From positions 219,170,001-219,234,000 of the forward strand of contig OZ024742.1 in the NCBI GenBank assembly GCA_964016885.1: a DNA stretch of 64,000 bases. Reading direction: 5' to 3'. A program made the position numbers and the translations under genes. Under the pieces are notes generated by a model. It searched no databases and was not told where the DNA came from. It saw only the letters and a program-made list of their open reading frames with translations. Positions within the stretch are counted from its first letter, which is position 1. Each line of letters starts with the position of its first letter. Origin of the DNA: Eledone cirrhosa. Taxonomy: Eukaryota. Shown piece after piece: positions 28,921 through 42,700 of this stretch.

Positions 28921-31900
28921 ATCAAGAGATTATGAAATAAACAGACCTGCTTTTTCTCAAAGAAATCTTTTTCGTTTCTGCCCCTGCTCTCTCTTCTCAT
29001 TTTTCTATTTCTTCTTTAATTTCTAATTCTGTCTTCGTATGAAAGACTAGCATTCGAAACATTAAGACTTTTCCTACTTTATTAAGTATGAAACTAATAA
29101 ATATCTTCATTGTTCTTCATCATCTGCTGTGTTTTCGTTTACTTTTCACACACATATATATATATCGACACGACAGTGAATATTTGTCCATGGGATCCTG
29201 TTTATCTATAAACGATATATATATATATATTCGAATCCAGTAGATTTTACAAGATATTTACAGTTTCTTTTTTTGGTAGGACAATTCTGTCTAATTCTTT
29301 CCTTTGCACATCCACATGTTCAATAAATCCAGCATATATATCAGTACAAGATATTTTTCTGTTCTTATTTTGAGATGTAAAGGTAAGGTTATCCTAGTGG
29401 CTATATTCTCTTTAAACCACTACTTTGTAGCCTTGTATTTTTGAATGCCATATAATGTGATTAACAAGAATAGGTATAGCAGGTATTACAGTATTAAATG
29501 GCAGAGTGGACACCTCATCTGGGATATTACATGTTGACACCTCTAGTGGTAACCTGCTGAATTCTGCTACCAGCCCAGGCTTCGCTGCCCGCCAAGCCGA
29601 AGAGGGCAAAACACTGTCTAAGTATTGGCCACTCTTTGATAGGTTTGTGGTTGAGCTTGTAGCAGTGGAGACTTCCGGTTTTCTTGGTCCCTGAACCACA
29701 TCCCTGCTCACTGCTATCGGAATGGAGCTGATTGCCTATAGGTGCAAGTCCCGCACATCTCCCTCACCTTCCCCCAGGGCAATGTTGTCTCCACCCTGTC
29801 AGCCGAGACCATGAGGTGGACAACATATTAGGGCAGGAGTAGTTGGTAGTTTTCAGACGAAAGGGTTAATAATGCTGACACATGCACACACAACTATATA
29901 TACCATTTAAACATTATAAATTAGGAACTGATAGTTGCTGTTTTGAAGTGAAATGCTGTTTTTTTTTTGTGCTATGATGATAATTGTTTTCTCATTTTTT
30001 AATTTATTGAACACTTTACAGGTTCCTTTTTTTTAAATGAGTTTACCTCTCAGGTTATTAATTATTCAAGCATGCCTTGTCATATAATTCTGTTATATTT
30101 ATATTTGTATATCATCAAATACAGTTGGTGCCTTGTATTGTTATCATTGTTATAACAATGTCTGTCTAAGATAGAGGTTCTCAAACCTTTTGGGCCTCCG
30201 TGAGGCCCAAAAGATTTGAGAACCTCTATCTTAGACAGATATTGTAATACACTCAGCGCCCCCACCCCTATTTCCAGAGAGACTTGCCAACATGCAAATT
30301 GGATTTGAATTCAGAACGTAAAGAGCCATAACTCTATGCTGCAAAACAGTGTCTGACGCTCTACCGATACTGCCAATGCACAAATTTACAACGCATATTG
30401 GAGAATAGTGTACCACTAAAACCACCCATCCAGATAGGTATTAGGGAGAGGATTCAATGAGAAAGATGAGTTTGGTGAAGTGAAAGTAGCCTCTCAATCT
30501 CAGGCTGAATTGTATTAAGAATAAGTCTGAGATCTCGCTCTGTAATTCGGAGCTTGCACCGCTGCTTCGTATGAAGGCGAGTGACTGCACTGAATCCTCT
30601 CTCAACTAAATATGATGTTGGAAAGGCAATGAAGAACAATGATTTTTATTAGAATATTGTTCTGATAGCAATCTAATGTCTCTAAAGTTGAGAAAATTTG
30701 ATGAATCTGGCCCTGGGTAAAATGTTAAGTAGAAAAAAGAATGCGAGACTAGTTTTCACACTTACGGGCACGTTCACTTGCATGGGTGAAATTGCACGTA
30801 CAGCCTCTCCATTCCTCCCAGCGCCCCCCTGGACATTCTCAATGGTAGCACCCACTTTGAGAACCTCTGGTCTAAAATAACATTAAGAGAATATAACAAT
30901 ATCCCAATCATGTTTGGGACACACTAAAATAAGTGATTTTCGTGATTTTCAATGTATATCATCAGTAAGGACCAAAACACTTGCTTGAGGTGGGTGGGTG
31001 GGGGGTTCTTTTCTGAAGACCTTCTGCTGTTCAGCTCTCCTGAGAATTTCTTACCACTCTCATTAGTCTTCATTTATTTATATTTTTATATCATTAAATA
31101 TCATCAATATTGACTCACTCACTTACTCTGTCTCTCTTTCTCTCTTGTATATTTTCTGAAATATATATATATAATTCTGATATATTTCAGCTATGTATTC
31201 CCTAAACAGTACAAAACTTCAAAGTTATTTGTAATTGCCATATAATCTGTTTTCTTTCATCTGTTTATTTACCCAGCTTCTGGCACTGGAACTGACCGTA
31301 GTCGGTCTTGTCCTTACCTTGATACAATAAACAGGTAAGCTATTCTTTATGACATTAAACACTATAGTTGTTTAGCTCTGAACTCGACTCTGCTTTCACT
31401 GAATAGACCTATAATTAAATCTTTCACAACCCTATCCTTTTGTATACTCAAAATGACAAAATTCAATGTATTCTTCTTTTTTTAAATGTGGATTTTGCTG
31501 CTGTTCCTAGTAGGTCAAGGAGACTTATAGAAACTCCTTCATTGGTTCAAGTTCAACAATGTATATTAGCAGTTTAAAATGGTTAAAAGAAAAAAATAAA
31601 GAGTAGGTCACTAATGTATTTTAAACTATTGTATTGATATATAGATAGGACATGTTTGTTCAAGCTCAAGTCAGCCTTGATCCATTAGATCTGTTATCAA
31701 AAGCATTGCAGCCAAGACCACCTCCTCTTTTTAAAGGTATCTATCACTACATTAACCAATGCACCATTTCCATTCTATGATAATGGAGGTGTGATCTGAT
31801 GGAGATTTTGTGGTTATTGGTTATAATTGCATCCCAATCACTCCTTATGTATTCCCCAATATAGTTCCGTAACTCCTGAGAGAGTCATAGGGGCACGATA

Positions 31901-34900
31901 TTGACATAGCATTTCTTGGGCATTTTGAAAACCCGGTGCCGCCCTTCCCTCTCCAGGTCTGAACACAACCTATTTCTTCCAGAGAAGGATAGAGAGAGGA
32001 AATGAGAGTGAAATACAGAGGAAAATCGACCCTAGTACTAGACTGCTACTTTTTTTTATCGACCTTGACAGAAAAAAAGGCAAAGTTGACCCCTGCGGGA
32101 TTTGCACTCAGGGAGCAAAGAGCCAAAACAAATACTGCAAAGCATTCTATCCGACGTTCTAACGGCCCTGCCAATTCACTGCCTTTTATGTAGGATAACC
32201 TAATATTAAACAACAGTTATACATATTAGCATCCTAGATAATAGTAAATGAATCACTAACTTCTTATGGACAACTGACGCTGCACACCAGGTCCGAACAC
32301 AGGAGAGCCAAACTTCCACTGTCATCCCTTCCATCTCTCGCCCTCCCCATTTCTCTCTATTATGAGCAAATGGGGTCCCATGTGCTGGCCGCCCCGCGGC
32401 CCCAGCGGACAGGATGCGCTGGAAGAGCCATTCCTTTTCGCGAGGCTCACATCTGCGGCTGGCCAGCTCAGCGCCTATGGTGGTGAGTAGGGAGGTAGCG
32501 CTAGGTGCCAAGCACACCAGAAGTCTCCACTGCTGGGGGCTCGAGTGCTAACCTGTTGGAAAGCGACTGATACTTGGAAAGTTTACTCACCTCAGCCCGA
32601 AGCGCAGCAGAACCTGGGTTAGAGCCAATGGCTTGAGCGGGGAGGGGAAGCCTGCAGTACTCAAGCCATGCTTTATGACCTCGTTGAGGACAATTTGGCA
32701 TGGAAGGCGGCCAGCACTGTAGCGACAGAAAAGCGGGTGAAGACCGAAAGAGTCCACTGTGGATCCACACCAACATTTGTGTAGCTCGCAGATCTGGAGG
32801 CCAAACCCTGATGCGCAGGCTATCATTGTCCAGCTGCATCCCAGTGGAGAAGGAGGGCAAGGCATGGAGCCAGGCACCGCTGTGGTGTTGTGAGGCCACG
32901 CGAAAACATGCAAGGCGGTGCTGGTCGAGCTGGCGCGCTAGCCTGCCTGAGGCCCGGTTGCACTGGATGGCATCTCAAATACTCTGGGGGGACTTGGCGT
33001 CAGCAGGGGGGTAGGAGAAAGGACGTCTACTGGGCTAAGTCCAAGCCAGTTCTACGTCTAGCAGGTGGTCTCACGTTCCTCAATCACAGTGGGTTCCATT
33101 GTGTTTAGGTCAACCTTGTTGATGAGGACGCAGCATGAGGTTATCAACGAAAGAAACACTGGCAAAGCCAGCGAGATTGAGGACCAGAGGCCAAGGTCAC
33201 CATATCTAACAGGTAAGGTGGCCTGTTGCCATACAATGTCGTCCAGAAATTGATTAAATGAAGGAACCTCTACATGGTTGCACAACCTAATAAAGCAAGC
33301 TAACTTACCTGAAATCCCACCCAACTCTCTTTAAAAAAGAAGCAAAGTAATTTGATATTTTAAATACATTAAATCTGAAAAATAAGATGGGATGGTCATG
33401 GTTGGAATGCCTTTTGAATATAAGACTTTTTGTAACCTGGCCCTAAACAGCTTATTTAGGAGTCTTTTCTCACCAGTCAAGGTGAACTTAGAAAATACAA
33501 TTTTATAGTGCTACAGCTGTTTACAACTGTGAACAGTACCACCATCCTGTTACATCTATTTAGTTGTTGAGTATAAACTGTCTAGGTTCATATTAAACAT
33601 AATGCTGGTGTTAAAATATAGACTGCCACCTTCACTGCTGTTTAAACCATATCACTTTCCATTAACTTTCCCTTTCATCCTTACGGGGTCGATAAAATAA
33701 AGTACCAGTAATGTACTGGGTAGTTGCTGGCCTTGTGCCAAAAAGTAGAAACAATTATCTCTTTATAATATATTTTAAAAAATCAATAGTATTGCTATTT
33801 AAGTTAGGAAAAAAATAATATACTTTTTACTCTTTCATTTCCTTGTAGATCTGTGCTGGACTTTGATTTTGAGAAGCTATGCTCTGTTTCATTATCACAT
33901 ATCAATGTTTATGCTTGCTTGGTTTGTGGTAAATACTTCCAAGGTAGGTATTTTTGAAAAGATAGAATTAATTGCTTATTTTCTTACATTTCATTTTAAT
34001 TAAACATAATTAAGAAGTGATTTTTTTACAACATGACTAACTGCTAAACAAAGAATCAGTGTATTGTGTGTTTCTAACTATTACTCCTAGTCTGTCCTTC
34101 CAATCTCCCGCAGTCTGTCCTTCCACTCACCCCCAGCCTCTCCTTCCAATCGCCCCCAGCCTGACCTTCCACTCAGCTCACCCTATTGGATAGAGAGGCT
34201 CTTCAGTTGAGTTGATGACCAACAATCTCTAGTACTTGTGCCATGAAAAATGCATCCAGTACTCCCTGTAAGGTAGTTGCTGACAATGGAAATAACCTAT
34301 AGATGAGGGAGATCAAGTAAGTGGTGGGGTGAGCTGATAAGCTCATGTTTCAGTCTGTTTGACCCCATAAATACTGTAGACAACTAAACCATACCAGTAA
34401 AGTAAAATAGATGTTAAAATAAAGGTATTAACTCCTATTGTTGTTGTTTGCATTAGTTTTAAGCTAATTATAAACTCAGAGAAATGTGTAAAGATTGTTT
34501 GCTCTCTGGGAATCTAACCTACATCTGTGAAATAACCCAGTGCATTATCAATTCTGCTACATATACTACTGCTGCCAAAGAAATGTTACCAGCTTAACCC
34601 TTTAGCATTTAAACAGGCCATAACCAGCCAGAATTCTCCCATCTCTTTCTGTTCAAACTGGCTGTAATTGGCCACTCATACTAATGTTAAGGTATTGTTC
34701 TCAAAATAAATAATATCGAAATCTCATAGATTCGATATTATATGAGATAATTGTGTATGATAAAGCCTTTACCATGAAAATACAATAGTATATATAGAGT
34801 AATGTAAATGTTAAAGGGTTAAACTATGTCTACAAAATGTAACTATAGTGATAAACTTAATCCTTAACTGGGTTTAATACAATTACCTAGTCCTTGGGTG

Positions 34901-36738
34901 CTTTTACTGAAGTTGTTTTTGTTATAAGCGTTGAGGCCAGGATCTGAGGATAACTTTCACCTTCCTTTCCTTCCACTGGTCCAAAGAAATAAAGGTTTGT
35001 AGATGCTACCCTTTTCTCCCTGACTAAGCAGTAAAATATTTTTTTAAGTGTCATCTGTCATTTGTTTATTTTTGAATGCACAATTTTAGCAATTAAATCT
35101 TTGTGTAACCTTTATGCTGTCTGTGGTTGGTTATCAAAAGACTGATTAGATTTGATGAAGTTTGACAGTTATAAGATGTGTCTTGGTAGTTGGACATAAA
35201 TTCCTCAAGTCTTTCAATGAAATGGAATTTATTGCATAATGTTACTCTGCCATAACTTTGTTGTGAATTTTAACTTTCATTTTCTTTGTTTTCTACAAAC
35301 TTTAGGTCGTGGTACGAAATCTCATGCCTACACTCACAGTGTACAAGATGGACATCGGGTTTATCTAAATTTAAGAACGCAGAAATTTTACTGTTTACCT
35401 GATAATTATGAAATTATAGATTCCTCACTAGAAGATATTATTGTAAGTATTTCAAAAGACAAGTTTCTTCTCTCTCTTTCTCACACATATATATGTGTAT
35501 GTATGCAAGATATCTGCAGATAAAAGATCAAGGAAAACAATGCCCAAACTATTACAAAAGAGCTTGTTTAGTATAAGGAAAGTTTCATATACTTAACATG
35601 TATGTGCGACCTTAGGTTTCAGGGTCCAGTTATGAGAGGCTAGTATTAAAGTGGCTCCTCCACTGTACAGTGTTGGCCATAACTGGACCCCGAAACCTAA
35701 AGCCATGCACACATGTTATGTGTATGAAACTTTACTTATACTATATATATATATAGAGAGAGAGAGAGGGAGAGGGAGCACCCAGCCCACACTGTAAAGT
35801 GGTCATATAGGTGTCACAACAAAAAGCATACAGCCCACACTGTAAAGTGATCATGTAGGTGGCACAACAAAAAGCACCCAGCACACACTGTAAATATGGT
35901 TGGCGTTAGAAAGGGCATCCAGCCATAGAAACCAAGCCAAAAGCAGCTCTGTGTGAGCATGAAACAGTCACCTAACCCATGCTAGCATGAAAAAATGGAC
36001 GTTTAACAATAATGATGATATATATACATTTGTACCCCGGTATTCGCAGGGGTTGCATTCCTAGAGCACCCACGAATATAGGACGTGGACCATAAAAATG
36101 CCTATAAGCATAAAGATATAACATAAATATAAAATGATGTGAAGAGGCATCCAATAGGCCGGCAAATATGGTATCATCATCATCATCGTTTAACGTCCAT
36201 CTTCCACGCTAGCATTCTTCCACTCCTACAGGTCAACAAAAGAGGGGTTTACTGTTAGCTAGGTACTTCTCCTGTAATTGCCGTACAAGGAAAAGAGCAT
36301 CCGTGGTACTTTTACCTTGCACAAACCCAAACTGCATTTCATCTAGATCAATTTGGTCTCTAATCAGTTGAGTAATAACTCTTTCTGTGACTTTCATGAC
36401 TTGGTCAACTAACTTAATGCCTCTATAGTTTCCTCTATCCAGGGCGTCTCCTTTGCTCTTGTAACAGTTGATGATGCTGCTGCTACGCCAGTCATTTGGT
36501 ATGACCTCATTCTGTATTACTTGGTTTACTATATATTCTTATTAATAATTTAATATAAAAAAATCTATATTGCCACGAAAAAAGCCATAAAAAAATCACA
36601 GAAGATATTTACGATTCCGCGAATATGCGGAGGTTTCCATGAACAATTATTAGTTAGTTTTCTAAGGCAAACTCTGTGAATAACTGGGACCGTGAATGCT
36701 ATGTGTGTGTGTGTGTGTATGTATATATATATATATAT

Positions 36739-36779
<41 letters not shown>

Positions 36780-39700
36780 AAAAGTTATAATACATACATG
36801 CTGATATATATTTTGAATTTTTTTTTAAAAACATGTTTTTTAATATTTATTAATCTCCTAAATCACATGTGATATTTGTTTAATATTCATTCTGCTGTTA
36901 TTTTCTTTCTCCCACAGTATGTATTAAATCCAACTTTTAACCATTTCCATATTAAGAAGTTAGATGCCAACCCTAAGTTATCTCGTGCTTATGATGGAAC
37001 TACCTACCTACCAGGTAAATAAACATTTTATTATTTTATGGTGGTAAGTGTTGCTGGCCTTGTTATAGCTATGCTGTATTTATTTAGATACCTTTAGCTT
37101 TTGAATTTTAATATTGACAATTTCCATGTTGCTTTTTTTTCTCAAGCTATAGAGAAAATAAATACCTGCCATGTACTCGAGTTGTTTAAATTAACTCTTT
37201 TCTCAAAATGTATAGCTTTGTACAAGATTTAGAAATCATTATTGTTACTCTTAGGGCAGTGGATTGGCAGTATTGGTAGAGGGTCGGACGCCATGCTTTG
37301 CAGCAAAGTGTTACGGCCCTTTATGGTCTGAGTTCAAATCCCGCCGAGGTTAACTTTGCCTTTCATCCTTACAGGGTCGATAAAATAAAGTACCAGTAAT
37401 ACACTGGATAATTGCTGGCCTTGTGCCAAAAGTAGAAATAATTATTGTTACTCTTAGTAATTCCTTCTAGGCCATCATTTAACTGTAATTAGAGTTCACA
37501 GCTTGTTTTGCTTTTTAAATATCAGATTATGAAAGGTGACAACAGTCTAAATTGACCATAGTGTCTTATAAGAACCTGCTAGAAATAGCAGCAAAATCTC
37601 CTTCAAACCACACCATATCTTAAAAAAAACATTGAATACTGTGTTTCTAGTTGCTCTGTGCATTGAGGAAAATGGGATGATCACCACTTAAATGCTTTTG
37701 ATTGAAGGACTGTTCAATTTGAGCTGACCTGGGGCTAAACAACAACCCATGTAAACGGGTTTAACAATGAATACCTATTTTCATATTTTCATTAATTAAT
37801 GTGTGTGGCTAATTGGTTAGAGAATTGGATTTGCAATTGTGAGGTGAGTTTGATTCCTGGACCATTATGCCCTTGAGTAAGACACTTTATTTCACTTTGC
37901 TCTTTCTGCCAAGAGTTACAACTGGTAGATAGTGTCGACAATGGAAACATTGTTTCCTTGGTCTGATTTAACAAGTTCCACTCCATTCAGTGAGTGAGTG
38001 ATGTTTGGGATCTTGTTGATCTTTCTAAAAAAAAAAAAACTACTTTGTGCAAATTATGTTGCCAGCATAATTGTGTAGTTAAGAGTTTTGATTTGCAACC
38101 CTGTAATTTCAGGTTTGATTTTGCTGTTCTGTACCTCAAGCAAGTATCTTCTACCATAGCTGCCAAAAGCTTTCAGATTATGAAAGGTGACAACAGTCTA
38201 AATTGACCATAGTGTCTTATAAGAACCTGCTAGAAATAGCAGCAAAATCTCCTTCAAACCACACCATATCTTAAAAAATTTGTGCAGAAATTTATCATTA
38301 AAAAAATAATGTTGTTAATATTAAAATTGTTGGTAGCACAGTATTGTAGAGTATTTGTATGTATTTCATTGTCTAACATTACCTTCTGAAATTAACTCAA
38401 TTTTATCTAAATAATGTTTAGGTAAACTCTCTATTTCTGTTCATATCTGTAGGTATTGTTGGTTTAAACAATATAAAAGCCAATGACTATTGCAATGTCA
38501 TCCTTCAGGTAAGCAATTTCAGTAGACTCTTTCAACAATCATTTGTAAATCAAGGTATTATCTTGAACATACATGTTATGATGAGGAATTAATTTCACTA
38601 TGTTATTATGTTCTGATGTACACAAGTGGACATATTTATAAGAGTTATTGGTAGGGCCTTATGCATTTTATTTGCAGGAAGTGTTTTGATGTGTAGAAAC
38701 ATTAGTATTATTACTATAATTCATTGTTTTACTTTTATTCATTTAGAGTCCATTTGGGTTCTGCTTCTTAATACGGGGACTCTTCAGCTATGTCAAAACA
38801 TATCAACCTCCCTAGTGCTGGTGCCACACTAAAATGTACTAGGTAGAGTGCAAAACATATGTAAACGAGATGCAAACCTATCTGAGAGATTAGTCATTCT
38901 GCTTCAGTGCTGACTTCGTCTGTGACAACCAGTCTAAGCCTTGCTTGCCAGAAAAATGGACATTTGATAATGATGATATGTATATCTAGACACAGGATTA
39001 TATAGAGATGTAGGCATAGTCATGTGGTTAAGACATTTGCTTCACAACTGCATGGTTCTGGATTTGATCCCATTCTGCAGCACATTAAGCACATGTCTTC
39101 AAATTGATCAATATCTTGTGTGTGTATGTTTGTGTCTGTCTGTCTATCTAATCCTCTATACTCCTGCTAACTAGTGCATCGAAGTATGTCCCTTTACACC
39201 AAATAGTAAGTTAGCTATTCAATACAGATTGGTAGAGTAAGTACAGCTGTTTATATGATTGACTAAAAACCTTGAAGGTTATGCCTTATCTTGGTAGCAG
39301 TCCAGTAACAGAATATAAACATAGTCTACATTGTATGAACAATTAAATTTTTCAATATTATGTCTCCCATTTCTTTTTCTAGGCTCTTTCTCATGTCCCC
39401 CCTCTACGGAACTACTTTCTGCAAGAAGACAGTTATAAAAGTATTCGACGTCCTGCTGGGGATCAGATGTTCCTCCTTGTCCAAAGATTTGGAGAACTCC
39501 TACGCAAATTGTGGAATCCTCAAAATTTTAAAGCCCATGTTAGTCCCCATGAAATGCTTCAAGCTGTTGTCCTCTGCAGCAAAAAAAAGTTTCAAATTAC
39601 AGAGCAAGGTTAGTAAATATAGCTACACCTTTTATATTATTTTAGTTATCAAGGTTGATGGATTGGCAGAATTGTTTGTGCATTGGCAGAATGCCTTTAT

Positions 39701-42700
39701 TTGGTTGCAGCCCTTTATATTCTGAATTAAAATCAGAGCTAATTACCTTCTTCAGTTAAGCCTTTCATTACCATATTTCTAATTGACAGACACTGCCTAT
39801 GATGTTCAATTAATTTTTAAAATAATCAAGAATTTTGGAAGGTTTTAGTAATATAACTTTCTCATTATTAAGTAGATGATTTAAGAATGACTTGAAAGTT
39901 GTTGCATAAAATTATAATGGAAGATTTTTTGATAAATATACATTTTACAAGAAACAGCTTTGTATTAGAACCAGGAATGGTTTTAGGTGGTTTTGTATCA
40001 AAAGAGTTAACTTTGGTAAATTTTCTATTTATTCTAACATTGTCGTTTTTGTGTTACATTTACATAAAACCAATCAAAAATGTTGTCTTTCCTGTATAGA
40101 TTAATAAATGCCCTTTGAACTTTTCCTCTACAAATTTTGCAGATATTTAGCATTCCTTGCTATACAACTTAAGTCTAACATACAAGCCATTGAGAGAGCA
40201 ATGGTCATTTATTTTCTAGAAACAGCAGCCAAATTTTCCTCAAATTACAACCTACTGTCTTAAAAAATGATACATTAGATAATGTAGTCCTACATACCTC
40301 TAAAAAAATGATGTGGTTATAGTTGGAATTCTTTTTTTCATAGATCTTTTCATTTAGGGTTGACTTGGGGCTAAACATCAATACCAACATGTTTAGCCTG
40401 TCATAATTTGTATAGTCTGCCTTTTATATTGAAAGGATTTTGTATAGAATATTTGATAAGTCAGTTATTTCTGTTTCTGTTCACACGTTGCATTTAAATA
40501 TATGGTTGTTTATGTATGATTCTAGATAATTTAACTCCTGATATTAGTAGTGGAGGGCGGTGGATTGGCAGTATCAGTAGGGGGTCGGGCACCATGCTTT
40601 GCAGCAAAGAGTTACGGCCCTTGCCATTCTGAGTTCAAATCCCGCTGAGGTTAACTTTGCCTTTCATCCTTACGGGGGTCGATAAAATAAAGTACCAGTA
40701 ATACACTGGGATAATTGCTGGCCTTGTGCCAAAAGTAGAAACAATTATTATTATTAGTAGTATAATTTCAGTCACCCATTCAGTTGTTTATTTACAGAGT
40801 AATTTATTTAACTGAAAGTATCATTTTAGTCATCCATTTGGGTGTTTTATTTAAAGAGTTTACAGGTTTACCCATAATCCATCCCTGCTTCATTTGTTAC
40901 TTAAAAAGGAAATATACATACACCATGCCTCACGTTTTTAACAGTTTCCACAGAAAGAAGAAACTTGTGGATGGCATAAATAACATATATGAATTTGGTC
41001 GAGGTGAGATATGTGAGATAAAAAAAAGTATAAAGATATAAAGAAACGGCTGCAGATAATTATTGAGCGATATAGTCCTGAAAATAAGATTAATTTTTTA
41101 CGAGTGATAGCTCATAACTTTCATTATTATTGAAGCTTTCAGTAATATTTTTATGTTTTACTGAATTGATGATGATAAATAATAATAATAATAATGATGA
41201 ATTTCAACATTTTATTTTTTTCTAATATTGGGAGTGAAATTGAAAGGTAGTCAAATTACCGCAGTCCCAATACCGGCTACTGTTTATGTATATACATAAC
41301 CTTGTCTGGTAACAGCATCTTGAAGGATGAACAAATGCACTTGTTCTCATCTTAACTTTTGGCTCTGGGATATTTTTCAGTCAGTCACACCCTGATAGCT
41401 GCATATGGTAGCAGTTTAAAGTCAATGAGGGATTGGACACTTGGAGAGGAGATGGGCACTACCAAGCATTTCTAAGGCTCACTGAAATGCCATGATAGAC
41501 ACACAGTCAAACATCTTGAGTTTGAGAAACTTCATAAGTTGCACTAGAATGGTAGACTATCAAGTGATCTATTTTCATCATCATCATCATCATCATCATA
41601 TTTATGTCGGTTTTCCATGTTTGCATGGGTTGGACAGGTTCTTTCAGCACAGCTTCTCTCCTCTTGTCACGTTCCTTTGTCATCTCCTCCGTGAATCTTA
41701 GTGATTTGAGATCAGCTTTCACCACCTCTGCCCAAATCATCATTTGTCTACTTCTACTGTAGCTTCCTTCCACTGGGATTTCCTGGCACTTCTTCACCTT
41801 ATGACCATCATTCATGCACATCACATATCCGTACCAACACAGTCTTCTCTCTTGCCCACCACTTCAGATTTCTCTTAAATCCAGTTTTTTTCCTCAGTTT
41901 ATCCAAGCTCTGTCTTTCTTACTTTAAATTATGTGGGGAGGGGGTGATCTTTGCTTTTTGATAAAGAAAATACCAGTTATGTAGCCAGGTCTAATTTCTA
42001 AAAATCTAAGTTTATTTTGACTTTTCAATTTTTCTTTCAAGATTTATTACAATGTTGTACAGTACAGTAGTGTGTTGTATGACATTTTCACTTGATCTTA
42101 CTAATTTCTTTTCATCTCAAACAAAGTCTTATGTTTGCACATTTGCTGCTGAAGAAGAGGAGGAGTAACTTCTATTTGATACAGGGTGCTTCTTTGAAGA
42201 AAACAAAACCAAACATATAATGTGTGTGTGTGTGTAGTGTGTAGGAGCATTTTAGGTAGAGCCCTTTATTGACAAAGCAACAACAACAAAAAATCCCCAA
42301 TTTTTTCAGATTTGTTTTCATCATTATCATAATGCCCACTTTCTTTGCTTGCAAGGGTTGGATGGACCTAGATAGACGAAGTCAGTACTGAAGCAGGGTT
42401 ACCGATCTCCTAGACAGGCAAGGGATCTGTATTTCACTTATGTATGGTCTCTCCTATGTAATATGTTTTTGTTTATTTGTTTCAATATAATTCTAGGTGA
42501 TGCTGTGTACTTCATGTCTTGGTTTCTCAATGCTTTACATGTTGCTTTGGGAGGAAACAAGAAACTTTCCAGTAGCATTATCAACAAAACTTTCCGTGGT
42601 AAGATGACAGTTTATTCTCGGAAAGTGCCACCATTAGATCTTGTAAGTTCAGACTTTGAAATGTTACTGTTATAATAATCAATTTAATTAATTAACATCA

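Larger units (their letters stand above)
17955..34029 (+). repeat. Segmental tandem duplication, copy 2 (continues into intact USP39)
   Basis: Begins with tttataaaaataaaagaaag..aaacattgaaattaaaaatcaatattgtagggtttg, matching 6240 onward. Homology ends at gtgattttttac in USP39 intron 3. Confidence 0.95.

Noticed and set aside
6240-34029. Duplication as a pure haplotig artefact
   Set aside because: Copy 1 USP39 is destroyed, there are kb-scale reciprocal indels, and a unique TE junction separates the copies, all of which is unlikely for alleles of an essential gene. It is not formally excluded without reads.
38453-38508. USP39 lacking the catalytic Cys as a novelty
   Set aside because: NDY in the Cys box is the established state of USP39/Sad1 pseudo-deubiquitinases.
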